This document shows, in pieces, positions 39,182-47,954 of a stretch of DNA of 64,000 bases; within the stretch, counting starts at the first letter, position 1; each line of letters opens with the position of its first letter. Position numbers and translations under genes: made by a program. A model generated the notes under the pieces. The model saw only the letters and a list, made by a program, of their open reading frames with translations, was not told the origin of the DNA and made no database searches. Source of the DNA: Pseudomonadota bacterium (GTDB lineage Archaea > Thermoplasmatota > SW-10-69-26 > JACQPN01 > JAJPHT01); assembly GCA_021325135.1 (NCBI GenBank), contig JAJPHT010000020.1, positions 64,001 to 128,000 of the forward strand, written 5' to 3'.

Positions 39182-39739
39182 ATGGACGGCCGGTGGCTGG
39201 CGGCGTGGGGCGCGGTCCTCCTCGTCCTCCTCCCCCTCTCGGGCGCGACGGGCGAGTCCGCCTCGGACGACGACTGGCAGCCCTGCTACGGGCCCGCCGC
39301 GCTGGCGCTGCCCTGCCAGCTCGCCATCCACGTGGACCTCCGCATCCTCGCCTGCGACGAGACGAACTGCACGGTGGAGGTGCAAGGGACCGCCCTGGGC
39401 GAGACCACCCTGCCGGGCCTCAATCAGATCCTCTCCACGGTCGCGGGCGGGGACGGCAGCGGGCTCTGCTCCAGCACCGAGGCCGTGCAGCGCGTCTACG
39501 ACCTCGTCGCCCCCTGCAAGGCCCTCTGCAGCGCGACCAACGTCTCGGCCAGCGCCTCCTGCGCCGGCAGGGTGACCGTGACGGTGCCGGCCCCCCGCGG
39601 CGGGAGCGAGGGGTCCCTCTGGGTCTTCACGGACTACACGTGGGACTCGCAGCTCGCGGGCTGGGGAAGCTCGACGCTCCTCTTCGGCATCAGGCAGCAC
39701 GCCGACGGAAGCGTGGAGATCTCCGTCTACCCTCACTGA
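39182..39739 (+). CDS. Secreted Cys-rich hypothetical protein
   Basis: Signal peptide; 8 Cys. Confidence 0.65.
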   Translation: MDGRWLAAWGAVLLVLLPLSGATGESASDDDWQPCYGPAALALPCQLAIHVDLRILACDETNCTVEVQGTALGETTLPGLNQILSTVAGGDGSGLCSSTEAVQRVYDLVAPCKALCSATNVSASASCAGRVTVTVPAPRGGSEGSLWVFTDYTWDSQLAGWGSSTLLFGIRQHADGSVEISVYPH

Positions 39740-40020
39740 CCCCGCGGCACGTCGTCCCAGCTCTTGGTGACGTCCTCGACCTTCCGCTTCAGGAACTTCG
39801 CGCGGATGGCCGCCTCCAGGTCCACGTCCAGGACGTTCGCCAGCGCGAAGGCCATGAACGCCACGTCCGCGACCTCCGCCTGCGCCTCCGCCTTCTCGCC
39901 GCGCCGGATCGCCTCGGCCAGCTCCCCCACCTCCTCCATGAGCACGAGGGCGAGGAAGGAGGCGCCGGACCTGCGGTCCCCCTCCGCGAAGCGCGCGGCG
40001 AGGTCGGCTTGGAGAGTCAT
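39733..40020 (-). CDS. MazG-like nucleotide pyrophosphohydrolase
   Basis: LMEEVGELAEAI...EVADV...LANVLDVDLE. Confidence 0.9.
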   Translation of the reverse strand: MTLQADLAARFAEGDRRSGASFLALVLMEEVGELAEAIRRGEKAEAQAEVADVAFMAFALANVLDVDLEAAIRAKFLKRKVEDVTKSWDDVPRGQ

Positions 40021-40043
40021 CTGTCGGCCCGATCACCCCTCAG

Positions 40044-40052
40044 TTTTATAAA
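40044..40052. promoter_or_regulatory. Shared TATA element between divergent mazG-like gene and pdxS
   Basis: ttttataaa, ~24 and ~33 nt from the two start codons. Confidence 0.5.
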
Positions 40053-40084
40053 CGGGAGCCCCATGGGAAAACCGAGGACCCACG

Positions 40085-41110
40085 ATGGCCCGCGAAGTCA
40101 ACCTCGAGACGCTCCGCCACGGCACCACGCTCATCAAGCGCGGCTTCGCCAAGATGCAGAAGGGCGGCGTCGTGATGGACGTGACGACCGCCGAGCAGGC
40201 GCGCATCGCGGAGGAGGCCGGCGCGGTCGCCGTCATGGCGCTCGAGCGCGTGCCCGCCGACATCCGGAAGGAGGGGGGCGTCTCGCGCATGAGCGACCCC
40301 AAGGTCATCGAGGAGATCATCGACGCGGTCACCATCCCCGTCATGGCCAAGGCGCGCATCGGCCACGTCGTGGAGGCGCGCGTGCTGGAGACGCTGGGCG
40401 TCGACATGATCGACGAGAGCGAGGTCCTCACCCCCGCGGACCCGTACTTCCACATCGACAAGCACGGCTACACCGTGCCCTTCGTCTGCGGCGCGCGCAC
40501 GCTGGGCGAGGCGACCCGCCGCGTCTGGGAGGGCGCCGCCATGATCCGCACCAAGGGCGAGGCCGGCACGGGCGACATCGTCGAGGCCGTCCGCCACCGC
40601 CGCCAGATCCTCCACGCCATCCAGGAGGTCGGCCACATGGACAAGGACGAGCTCCTCCAGGTCGCGCGCAACTACGCCACCTCGTACGAGAGCCTGCCCC
40701 AGGTCATCCGCAAGGAGCACGGCTTCGACGGCGGCAAGCGCGGCCGCAAGGAGGAGGTCTTCCCGCCGGGCAAGAGCATCGAGGAGATCGAGAGCGGCCT
40801 CCTGGGCGTCCTCCTGGAGATCAAGAGCCTGCACCGCCTGCCCGTCGTCGACTTCGCGGCGGGCGGCATCGCGACGCCCGCGGACGCCGCGCTCATGATG
40901 ACGCTGGGCAACGACGGCGTCTTCGTCGGCTCGGGCATCTTCAAGAGCACGAACCCCGCGGCGCGCGCGAAGGCCATCGTCGAGGCCACCACGCACTGGG
41001 ACGACCCCAAGACCGTCGCCGAGGTCAGCAAGGGGCTGGGCGACGCGATGCGCGGCATCAGCAACGCCTCGCTCCCGCTGGAGCAGCAGCTCGCCACGCG
41101 CGGCTGGTAA
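40085..41110 (+). CDS. pdxS: Pyridoxal 5'-phosphate synthase lyase subunit
   Basis: [62 protein letters not shown]. Confidence 0.97.
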   Translation: MAREVNLETLRHGTTLIKRGFAKMQKGGVVMDVTTAEQARIAEEAGAVAVMALERVPADIRKEGGVSRMSDPKVIEEIIDAVTIPVMAKARIGHVVEARVLETLGVDMIDESEVLTPADPYFHIDKHGYTVPFVCGARTLGEATRRVWEGAAMIRTKGEAGTGDIVEAVRHRRQILHAIQEVGHMDKDELLQVARNYATSYESLPQVIRKEHGFDGGKRGRKEEVFPPGKSIEEIESGLLGVLLEIKSLHRLPVVDFAAGGIATPADAALMMTLGNDGVFVGSGIFKSTNPAARAKAIVEATTHWDDPKTVAEVSKGLGDAMRGISNASLPLEQQLATRGW

Positions 41111-41173
41111 CTCTCCCATGGTCCAGCCATCAGGGTTACACCCGAGGCGAGCCACAGCGCCGCGCGATCCACC

Positions 41174-41932
41174 ATGATCCGGAAGCGCAGCATCCTCGCC
41201 ATCGCGCTCGGGGTCCTGCTGGTCGCCGCGCTGCCAGGCGCCATCGCCGCCAGCAGCTCCACGTCGAACAGCGCCTCGTCCTCGAGCGCCAGCCAGAACG
41301 TGAACATCCCGACGGAGAACGTGCTGGGCGCCTTGGCCCTGGGCGCCACCGGGCCCGGCGCGCTCCAGGCGATCTCCAGCGGATCGTCCACGTCGAGCAT
41401 GCAGTCCAGCGCCTCGCGCAGCACGGCCCTGGACCTCAACGACGTCCTGGGCTTCATCGCGCTGGGCAGCAACGGCGCCCTGGGCTCCGGCGGCTTCTAC
41501 GGCGGCGGCTGGGGCGGCAGCCTGAACAGCCTGGGGACCTTCGGGACCTCGGGCACCTTCGGCTCCTCCTGCGCGCCCCTCGCCTGGGGCGCCTGGATGA
41601 CGACGACGCCCTCGTGGGCCATGTCGTCCCCCTGGTGGTGCAGCGCGGGCGCGGGCGCCTCCGGCGTCGCGTCGGTCACCTCGGTCACCGCCGGCAACCA
41701 GACGGTCTTCATGCTGCCGACGCGCACGGCCGCCCAGTTCCTCGCGGCCTACGGCGTGACGGGCGTCTCGGTCCCCGTGCTCGTGGCCAACAACACCACC
41801 GTGCACGACGTGCTGGCCAACATCACCGGGACCGCGACCGCGCTGGCGCCCGGCGTGACGGAGGTCGCGCCCGCCAGCGGCGGCGTCTTCGTGCTGGCCA
41901 CGGCGAGCGACGACACCCTCAGCCGCCTGTAG
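41174..41932 (+). CDS. Secreted Ser/Gly-rich hypothetical protein
   Basis: Signal peptide MIRKRSILAIALG; low complexity. Confidence 0.7.
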   Translation: MIRKRSILAIALGVLLVAALPGAIAASSSTSNSASSSSASQNVNIPTENVLGALALGATGPGALQAISSGSSTSSMQSSASRSTALDLNDVLGFIALGSNGALGSGGFYGGGWGGSLNSLGTFGTSGTFGSSCAPLAWGAWMTTTPSWAMSSPWWCSAGAGASGVASVTSVTAGNQTVFMLPTRTAAQFLAAYGVTGVSVPVLVANNTTVHDVLANITGTATALAPGVTEVAPASGGVFVLATASDDTLSRL

Positions 41933-42010
41933 CGCGGCCTCCTGCGGCGGCGCGCGCCGCCGCGCCCCCCTTTTGCCAACCCTGATGCGCCCCGGGGCCG
42001 ATGCGTCCGC

Positions 42011-42403
42011 ATCGGAGCGATCGTCCTCTTCGACGGAGACTGCGGGTTCTGCGACCGCGGCGTGCGGTTCATCGCGCGCCACGACCGGAAGGGGCGATAT
42101 CGTTTTGCGCCGCTCCAGGGCCCCACGGCGCGCAGGCTCCTGGCCGAGCACGGGCTGGCCGGGGGCCCCATGGACACCATGGTCCTCGTGGAGGACGGGC
42201 GCGTCCACGTGCGCTCGGACGCCGCGCTGCGCATCGGGCGCGGCCTGCGGTGGCCCTGGTCGTGGCTCGCCGCGCTGGGCTTCCTGGTCCCGCGCCCCCT
42301 CCGCGACGCGGCCTACCGCTGGGTCGCGCGCAACCGGCACCGGCTCGCGGGCGACGCGTGCGGCGTGCCCACCCCCGAGATGCGGGCGCGCATGCTGGAG
42401 TGA
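42011..42403 (+). CDS. DCC1-like thiol-disulfide oxidoreductase (DUF393); start codon uncertain
   Basis: IVLFDGDCGFCDRGVRF...RSDAAL...RDAAYRWVARNR; motif lies upstream of the first canonical start (42062). Confidence 0.85.
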   Translation: MGAIVLFDGDCGFCDRGVRFIARHDRKGRYRFAPLQGPTARRLLAEHGLAGGPMDTMVLVEDGRVHVRSDAALRIGRGLRWPWSWLAALGFLVPRPLRDAAYRWVARNRHRLAGDACGVPTPEMRARMLE

Positions 42404-42444
42404 AGGGACAGGCAGAAGCACCCGAGGCGCGCTGCCGGGCGCGC

Positions 42445-42813
42445 ATGAGGCTTTGGCTGCTCTCGCTGCTCCTGCTCGCCCTGCTGCCCCTCCCTTCGGC
42501 CATCGCCGTGGAGCGGCCCCCCTGCCCCTTCACCGAGTGCGGGCGCGTCGTGGCCACCGTGGACTGCCTGGGCCACGCCGTCGTCGCCGCGGCGGGGGAG
42601 TCCGCCACCGTGGGCCCGGGAGACTGGCTCCTCGTCGTGGACTCGGGCACCTTCTCCGGCGAGACCTACCACAACGAGCGCCACTGGGACGCGGACCAGG
42701 TCTCGGCCTTCGTGGACTACGTCCTGCCCGGCGCGGGCTGGATCGAGGCGTCGCTCTACTACGACGGGCGGCTGATCGCCGAGGGTGGCACCGGCTGCAT
42801 CGGCCCGGTGTGA
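42445..42813 (+). CDS. Small secreted hypothetical protein
   Basis: Signal peptide MRLWLLSLLLLALL; 4 Cys. Confidence 0.65.
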   Translation: MRLWLLSLLLLALLPLPSAIAVERPPCPFTECGRVVATVDCLGHAVVAAAGESATVGPGDWLLVVDSGTFSGETYHNERHWDADQVSAFVDYVLPGAGWIEASLYYDGRLIAEGGTGCIGPV

Positions 42814-42814
42814 G

Positions 42815-43060
42815 ATGGCCTTCACCCTGGACCCCGTGGACCTGTTCGGCATCGTGGGGCTCGTCACGCTCCTGGCCGGCTTCCTGGGCAACCTCGCCGG
42901 CCGCGTCCCCGCCTCGTCGCGCCTCTACAGCGCGCTCAACGCAGGGGGCAGCGGCATCCTCGCCGTCTACGCCTACCTGAAGCAGTCCTGGGTGTTCCTG
43001 CCCCTGGAGGTCATCTGGGCCGTGGCCGCGGGCGTCGCCCTCTTCAGGCGCGGGCGTTGA
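42815..43060 (+). CDS. Small 3-TM membrane protein (CBU_0592-like)
   Basis: YSALNAGGSGILAVYAY...FLPLEVIW. Confidence 0.75.
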   Translation: MAFTLDPVDLFGIVGLVTLLAGFLGNLAGRVPASSRLYSALNAGGSGILAVYAYLKQSWVFLPLEVIWAVAAGVALFRRGR

Positions 43061-43190
43061 GGAGCGAGGCGACGGACGAGAAGCAGGCCTCGCACACGAA
43101 CGGAGTCGAACCCCCCCTCGCAGGGGTGAGGTACCACACGCCCCGGATGGTCTTCTCCCGGCCGCAGCGGGCGCACAGGCGGGTCGACAT
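43044..43190 (-). CDS. Zn-finger microprotein (48 aa)
   Basis: MSTRLCARCGREK...FVCEACF; GGAG SD. Confidence 0.6.
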   Translation of the reverse strand: MSTRLCARCGREKTIRGVWYLTPARGGSTPFVCEACFSSVASLLNARA

Positions 43191-43258
43191 CGCTCCGGAG
43201 GTCCCCTGGGGGTCCAAATGCCTTTTGGCTCGTTCGGTCCCGCGAGGGGGGAAAAGGG

Positions 43259-43426
43259 TCATCCGAGGCTCTCGAACCCCGCCTCGGGGCAGGCTTTCCG
43301 GTGCTTCGACCGGAAGGTGGCGCTGCTCCCGTAGGTCCTGGCGAGGCTTGTGGCCCCGCAGACCGTGCATCGCTGGTGATGCGCCGTCTCCCGCCGCCTG
43401 CGATCCAGGACGATGACGTCGGACAT
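43259..43426 (-). CDS. Zn-finger microprotein (55 aa), absent from ORF track
   Basis: MSDVIVLDRRRRETAHHQRCTVCGATSLARTYGSSATFRSKHRKACPEAGFESLG; T-run after stop. Confidence 0.6.
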   Translation of the reverse strand: MSDVIVLDRRRRETAHHQRCTVCGATSLARTYGSSATFRSKHRKACPEAGFESLG

Positions 43427-43575
43427 GCCTTCGTCCTGAGGGCGACGGATAACTTAGCCGTGTCCGTCCCGTGGTGTGGTTCCACAGCAATTCTCCAGAA
43501 ACCATCGGCATAGGGGAGTCGATCGGCCGGCCGGGGAGGGCATACGCTCAAGCCGGGGAGGCGGAATCGCGCGGC

Positions 43576-44223
43576 GTGGGCCTCAAGATCGGCGTCCTGG
43601 GCTTGCAGGGCGCGTTCACGGAGCACGTCGACGCGGTGCGCGCGGCGTTCCAGCGGAGGGGCGTCGCGGGCGAGGTGGGCACGGTGCGTCGCCGCGAGGA
43701 GCTGGCCTCCCTGGACGGGCTCGTGATGCCCGGCGGCGAGAGCACGACCATCTCCAAGCTCCTGAGGAAGTTCGACCTGCACGACCTGCTTGTGGAGCGC
43801 GCCACCCAGGAAGACTTCCCCATCTTGGGCACGTGCGCCGGCATGATCCTCCTCTCCCGGGAGGGGGATGGCCAGGTGGAGAAGACGGAGACGCGTCTCC
43901 TTGGCCTCATGGACATGGCGGTGAACCGCAACGCGTTCGGCCGGCAGCGGGAGAGCTTCGAGGCCATGCTGGACCTCAAGGGGTTCGACGCGCCCGTGCC
44001 GGGCGTCTTCATCCGCGCGCCCGCGGTGATCCGTACCTGGGGCGCGTGCGAGCCGCTGGGCACCCTCTACGTCGCGGAGGCCATTCCCGGCATCGGGCAC
44101 GACCCCATCGTCGCGGCGCGCCAGGGCAACCGGCTGGGCATCGCGTTCCATCCGGAGCTCACGGGCGACACGCGCGTGCACGAGCGGTTCGTCGAGATGG
44201 TCGACGCGTGGCGCCGCCGGTAG
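43576..44223 (+). CDS. pdxT: PLP synthase glutaminase subunit
   Basis: GVLGLQG, PGGEST, GTCAGMI, RNAFGRQ, FIRAP, FHPELT. Confidence 0.97.
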   Translation: MGLKIGVLGLQGAFTEHVDAVRAAFQRRGVAGEVGTVRRREELASLDGLVMPGGESTTISKLLRKFDLHDLLVERATQEDFPILGTCAGMILLSREGDGQVEKTETRLLGLMDMAVNRNAFGRQRESFEAMLDLKGFDAPVPGVFIRAPAVIRTWGACEPLGTLYVAEAIPGIGHDPIVAARQGNRLGIAFHPELTGDTRVHERFVEMVDAWRRR

Positions 44224-44691
44224 TCACGCCGTGGGCGGCTTCCCTTCGCGGTGCTGCGTCTCCATGCGGCGCTTCGCCTCGCGGAAGAGCTTGTCGAGGT
44301 TCGCCTTGTTGGCGACGTTGAACGCGGGGGCCATGAGCTTGGCGCCCAGGGTGAGGGGCTCGCTGGTGATCTCGGCCCGGTGGAGCGCGCCGGTGGGCGT
44401 CTGCCGTAGGGTCTCGACGACGCCGCCCCGGGCGAAGGGCTTGCCCTTGCGCGTGATGGTGGAGGCGGTGACCCAGCGCGTCGTGCCCTCCAGCGTCGTC
44501 TCGGTGTGGAAGTCCATGCCCATCATGGACCACTCGCGGATGATGAGGCCGCCGCGGTGCGTGACGCGGATGGCGGGCGCGCGCTTGGGGTCGGCCATCT
44601 TCATGTCGTCGGGCCGGAAGTCGGTGAGCCACGCGAACGCGTAGTCGACGGGGACGTCGAAGCGCGTCTCGAAGACCTGGGGCTTCGCCAT
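44224..44691 (-). CDS. SRPBCC/START-like hypothetical protein
   Basis: FDVPVDYAFAWLTDF N-terminal motif, C-terminal helix. Confidence 0.6.
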   Translation of the reverse strand: MAKPQVFETRFDVPVDYAFAWLTDFRPDDMKMADPKRAPAIRVTHRGGLIIREWSMMGMDFHTETTLEGTTRWVTASTITRKGKPFARGGVVETLRQTPTGALHRAEITSEPLTLGAKLMAPAFNVANKANLDKLFREAKRRMETQHREGKPPTA

Positions 44692-44742
44692 GGCCGCTCC
44701 ATCGCGAGGGGGTGCTTGGGCCTTGCTCCACCCGGCGGCGCC

Positions 44743-45219
44743 CTACGGCAGCGCGTCGAGGGCGCGGTCCGTCCCGCACGAGGGGAAGGGGAGCCCGGCG
44801 CCGGTGCTCACCTGGCCATGGCCGCTGACGCCCCAGGCGGCGTCGCACCCGGAGCCCGCGTCCTCGCGGCCGTGCCCGAAGGTGGCGTCCTGCGCGCCCA
44901 GGCGGAGCGTCTGGTACGTCTGGGTCACGTACGTCATGCTCCCGTCCGGGTAGATCGTGGTGGAGTTGACCTGCGACTCGTCGAGCCACGCGACGTGGCC
45001 GGCCGCCGTCGCGACCTCCGTGGAGGTCTGGTTGACCCACACGAAGCCCTCGAAGCCCGCGGACGCGTCGTGCTCGAAGCAGCGCGAGCCCGTCTGGTGC
45101 ACGGAGGCGACGAGGGCGTCGGTGGTGGAGTCGACCGGCGCGCAGGCCATGTCCGCCGAGGCCGACGGGACGAGGGGGAGGACGAGGGCGATCGCGAGTG
45201 CCAGGGGCGCGGCGCGCAT
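44743..45219 (-). CDS. Secreted hypothetical protein
   Basis: Signal peptide MRAAPLALAIALVLPLVPSASA; 4 Cys. Confidence 0.65.
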   Translation of the reverse strand: MRAAPLALAIALVLPLVPSASADMACAPVDSTTDALVASVHQTGSRCFEHDASAGFEGFVWVNQTSTEVATAAGHVAWLDESQVNSTTIYPDGSMTYVTQTYQTLRLGAQDATFGHGREDAGSGCDAAWGVSGHGQVSTGAGLPFPSCGTDRALDALP

Positions 45220-45272
45220 GCGGACCCGCAGGCCGGCGCGCGCCATCAAGGCTCTCGTGGAGCCGTGTTCGC

Positions 45273-46013
45273 TCAGTTGAGGCTGGGCGCGAGGCGCGCG
45301 AGGGCGCTGGGGAGCGCGGAGAGGCTCGTGATGACGGGCACGTCGTCCACGGTGCGCGCGCGGTGGCGGTCCACCAGCACGGCGCGGTGGATGCCGGCGG
45401 CGCGCGCGCCCAGCACGTCGCGCTCGTAGGAGTCGCCCACCATGACGGCCTCCACGGGGGAGACGCCGACGCGGGCCAGCGCCGCGCGGAAGAGGCGCGG
45501 GTCGGGCTTGGGGAAGCCCGCCTCGGACGCGGTGACGACGCCGTCCCAGAGCGTGGGGAGGCTCGTCGCGGGGAGCACGTCCTCCACGAGGTAGGGGTCG
45601 GCGTCGGTGAGGACCCAGACGCGGTAGCCGTGCGCGCGGGCCCACGCAAGCGCCTGGGGCGCGTCGGGGTGGAGGCGGAGGGTGCGCTTCTGCGTCGCGA
45701 CGAAGGTGGCCCAGAACCACTCCGCGTCCTCGTGCGACGCGTCGACGTCGCGCACCTCCAGCACCGCGCGGAAGATCTCCTTCGCGGCCTCCTCGAAGGG
45801 GACGAACTCGGCTGGCTGCCCGCCACCCTCGGCATCCTCCTCGCCGCGGAGGATCTCCATGAGCGCGAGGCTGAAGTCCCCCGAGAGGGCCGCGGCCTCG
45901 TCCGCGAGGCGGAAGCGCGAGCGCGTGGCCTCGAACGCCGCGTCCAGCGACTCGTAGTCGCTCGCCTCGTCGACGAGCGTCCCGACGAGGTCGAAGAGCA
46001 GGACGGGCTTCAC
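45273..46013 (-). CDS. HAD-superfamily hydrolase
   Basis: LLFDLVGTL, KPDPRLF, MVGDSYERDVLGA. Confidence 0.9.
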   Translation of the reverse strand: MKPVLLFDLVGTLVDEASDYESLDAAFEATRSRFRLADEAAALSGDFSLALMEILRGEEDAEGGGQPAEFVPFEEAAKEIFRAVLEVRDVDASHEDAEWFWATFVATQKRTLRLHPDAPQALAWARAHGYRVWVLTDADPYLVEDVLPATSLPTLWDGVVTASEAGFPKPDPRLFRAALARVGVSPVEAVMVGDSYERDVLGARAAGIHRAVLVDRHRARTVDDVPVITSLSALPSALARLAPSLN

Positions 46014-46112
46014 GAGACCCACCGAGGAGCCTGCCCCGGCTTTTTCGTTTTCGCAAGGCCGTGGATGGAATGCCGTCGCGAGGATGAAGAAGGGGCCCTC
46101 CGATGCCCCCGC

Positions 46113-47054
46113 GTGGACGCGCGGGTGGTGGGCGCCGGGGTCGTGGGGCTCTCGTGCGCGATCCGGCTCCAGGAGGCCGGGGCGCGGGTGCGCGTCCGCG
46201 CGCTGGCGCGCACGCCGGGGACGACCAGCGACGTGGCCGCGGCGTACTACTACCCCTCTCGCATGGCGGCCGACCCGCGCATCCTCCGCTGGGGCCGCGG
46301 CACGCTGCGCGAGCTTGCCCGCCTGGCGGAGGACCCCGCGACGGGCGTGCGCGCCGCGAAGGCGATCCACCTCGCGCGCCCCGGCGCGGAGCGCCCCTGG
46401 TGGGCCGACGCGATGCCCGGCTTCCGCGCCGCGCGCCGCGACGAGCTGCCAGCGGGCCAAGAGGCCGGCTGGGTGGTCGACACCTTCGTCGCCGAGATGC
46501 CCGTCTACCTCCGCGCGCTGGAGGCGCGCTTCGAGCGCGCGGGCGGGGCGTTCGAGGCGGGCCGCGTCGCGGACGTGCGCGCGCTGGCCCGGCAGGCGCA
46601 GGGCGTCGTCGTGAACGCGACCGGCCTGGGCGCGCGGGAGTGCGCGGGCGACGCCAGCACGTACCCCATCCGCGGGCAGGTCGCGCGCGTGGAGAACCCG
46701 GGCCTCCTGGACGTGGTCAGCGATCCCGACGGGCCCCTGGCGGTGGCCTACGTCGTCCCGCGCTCGCGCGACGTCGTGCTGGGCGGCACCGCGCAGGAGG
46801 GGGACTGGAGCCTCGCGCCCGACCCCAAGACCGAGGAGGACATCCTGCGCAAGTGCGCGCTCCTGGAGCCCCGCCTCGCGGGCGCGCGCGTCACGGGCCG
46901 CGCGGTCGGCCTGCGCCCCGGGCGGCCCGCGGTGCGGCTGGAGCGCGACGCCGACGCCCCCAACCTCGTGCACTGCTACGGCCACGGCGGCAGCGGCATG
47001 ACGCTCTCGTGGGGATGCGCGGACGAGGTGGCGGCGCTCGCGCGTCAGGTGTAG
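46113..47054 (+). CDS. FAD-dependent D-amino-acid oxidase
   Basis: VVGAGVVG, TSDVAA, VNATGLGA, PIRGQ, GLRPGR, HCYGHGGSGMTLSWGCA. Confidence 0.9.
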   Translation: MDARVVGAGVVGLSCAIRLQEAGARVRVRALARTPGTTSDVAAAYYYPSRMAADPRILRWGRGTLRELARLAEDPATGVRAAKAIHLARPGAERPWWADAMPGFRAARRDELPAGQEAGWVVDTFVAEMPVYLRALEARFERAGGAFEAGRVADVRALARQAQGVVVNATGLGARECAGDASTYPIRGQVARVENPGLLDVVSDPDGPLAVAYVVPRSRDVVLGGTAQEGDWSLAPDPKTEEDILRKCALLEPRLAGARVTGRAVGLRPGRPAVRLERDADAPNLVHCYGHGGSGMTLSWGCADEVAALARQV

Positions 47055-47344
47055 TGCAGGTCGTTGAGCTCTTCGGGCTCCTTGTCCTTGGCGACGGCCT
47101 CGACGATGTCGATGCTCGTCACCATGTGGGAGGGGATGACGCGGATCTTGCCCTTGAGGTCCTTGTGGTGCTCGCCGTCAAGCTCGATGGCCAGCGCGTC
47201 GATGGTGCCGACGCTGACCACGCCCTTGAACGTCCCGTGGGTGTCCAGCACGGCCTCGCGGCTGGCCAGGCTGCGGATGTGGTACTTGCTGCCCATGGTG
47301 AGCGTGGGCGGGGTCTCGTCCTTCTTCTTCGTCGTCGGGCTCAT
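47045..47344 (-). CDS. Hypothetical protein, possible Sm-like fold
   Basis: GTFKG and IRVIPSHMVTSIDIV beta-strand pattern; ATGA overlap with upstream gene. Confidence 0.65.
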   Translation of the reverse strand: MSPTTKKKDETPPTLTMGSKYHIRSLASREAVLDTHGTFKGVVSVGTIDALAIELDGEHHKDLKGKIRVIPSHMVTSIDIVEAVAKDKEPEELNDLHYT

Positions 47345-47826
47345 GCCTTCACTCCCTTGGCGGGCTTCGCGCCCTCTCGCGCGGCCTTCTCCGCGAGCGC
47401 CTGGAGGTGGTCGACGCTCTTGCGGTAGTTCTCCATGGCGATCTTCACGTTGGCCTCGACGAAGTTCCACGCCTTCGCGAGGTTGCCGTAGCGGATGCGG
47501 TACGCCTTGCGGCCGCCGCCGTCCGTCTCGTCGAGGCTCGACTCCTCCAGCAGGTCCATGGCCTTCAGCTTGTTGAGATGGCGGTAGAGCGTGGGCCGGC
47601 TGGTGTCCAGGAGCGTGATCAATTCCTCGGCGGTCCACGCCTTGTCGGGCCGCAGCAGGAACGCGTCGCGCACGAGGCGGAACGCGACGCCCTTGCGCGT
47701 GGAGGCCTCGTCGTCCGCGCCGCGGTCGAGGTAGCCCACCTGCTTGAGCATGGTGAGCGCCACCTGGTCGAGGTCCGCGACCGGGGTGAGCGGCGTGTTG
47801 TTGACGACCACCAGCTCGAAGGGCAT
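47341..47826 (-). CDS. Winged-HTH transcriptional regulator
   Basis: WTAEELITLLDTSRPTLYRHLNKLKAMDLLE. Confidence 0.85.
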   Translation of the reverse strand: MPFELVVVNNTPLTPVADLDQVALTMLKQVGYLDRGADDEASTRKGVAFRLVRDAFLLRPDKAWTAEELITLLDTSRPTLYRHLNKLKAMDLLEESSLDETDGGGRKAYRIRYGNLAKAWNFVEANVKIAMENYRKSVDHLQALAEKAAREGAKPAKGVKA

Positions 47827-47954
47827 GCCGTTGCGATAGCCGATCCTCGGTTAAGGGTTTTTGATTTGTGCGTCAAGCTACCAGCCTTTTTCGCGGCGAG
47901 GGGCGCTTCAGCCGCCGGAACCAGATAAATAGGGTCGAGCCGTTCGCGGCGGCC

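Noticed and set aside
43245-43520. Apparent structured ncRNA with an SRP helix-8-like motif (cgcCAGGacctacgggAGCAgcg, minus strand)
   Set aside because: The segment reads cleanly as a 55-aa Zn-finger ORF. No SRP Alu domain or long helix 5 is visible, and hairpins are expected at this GC content.
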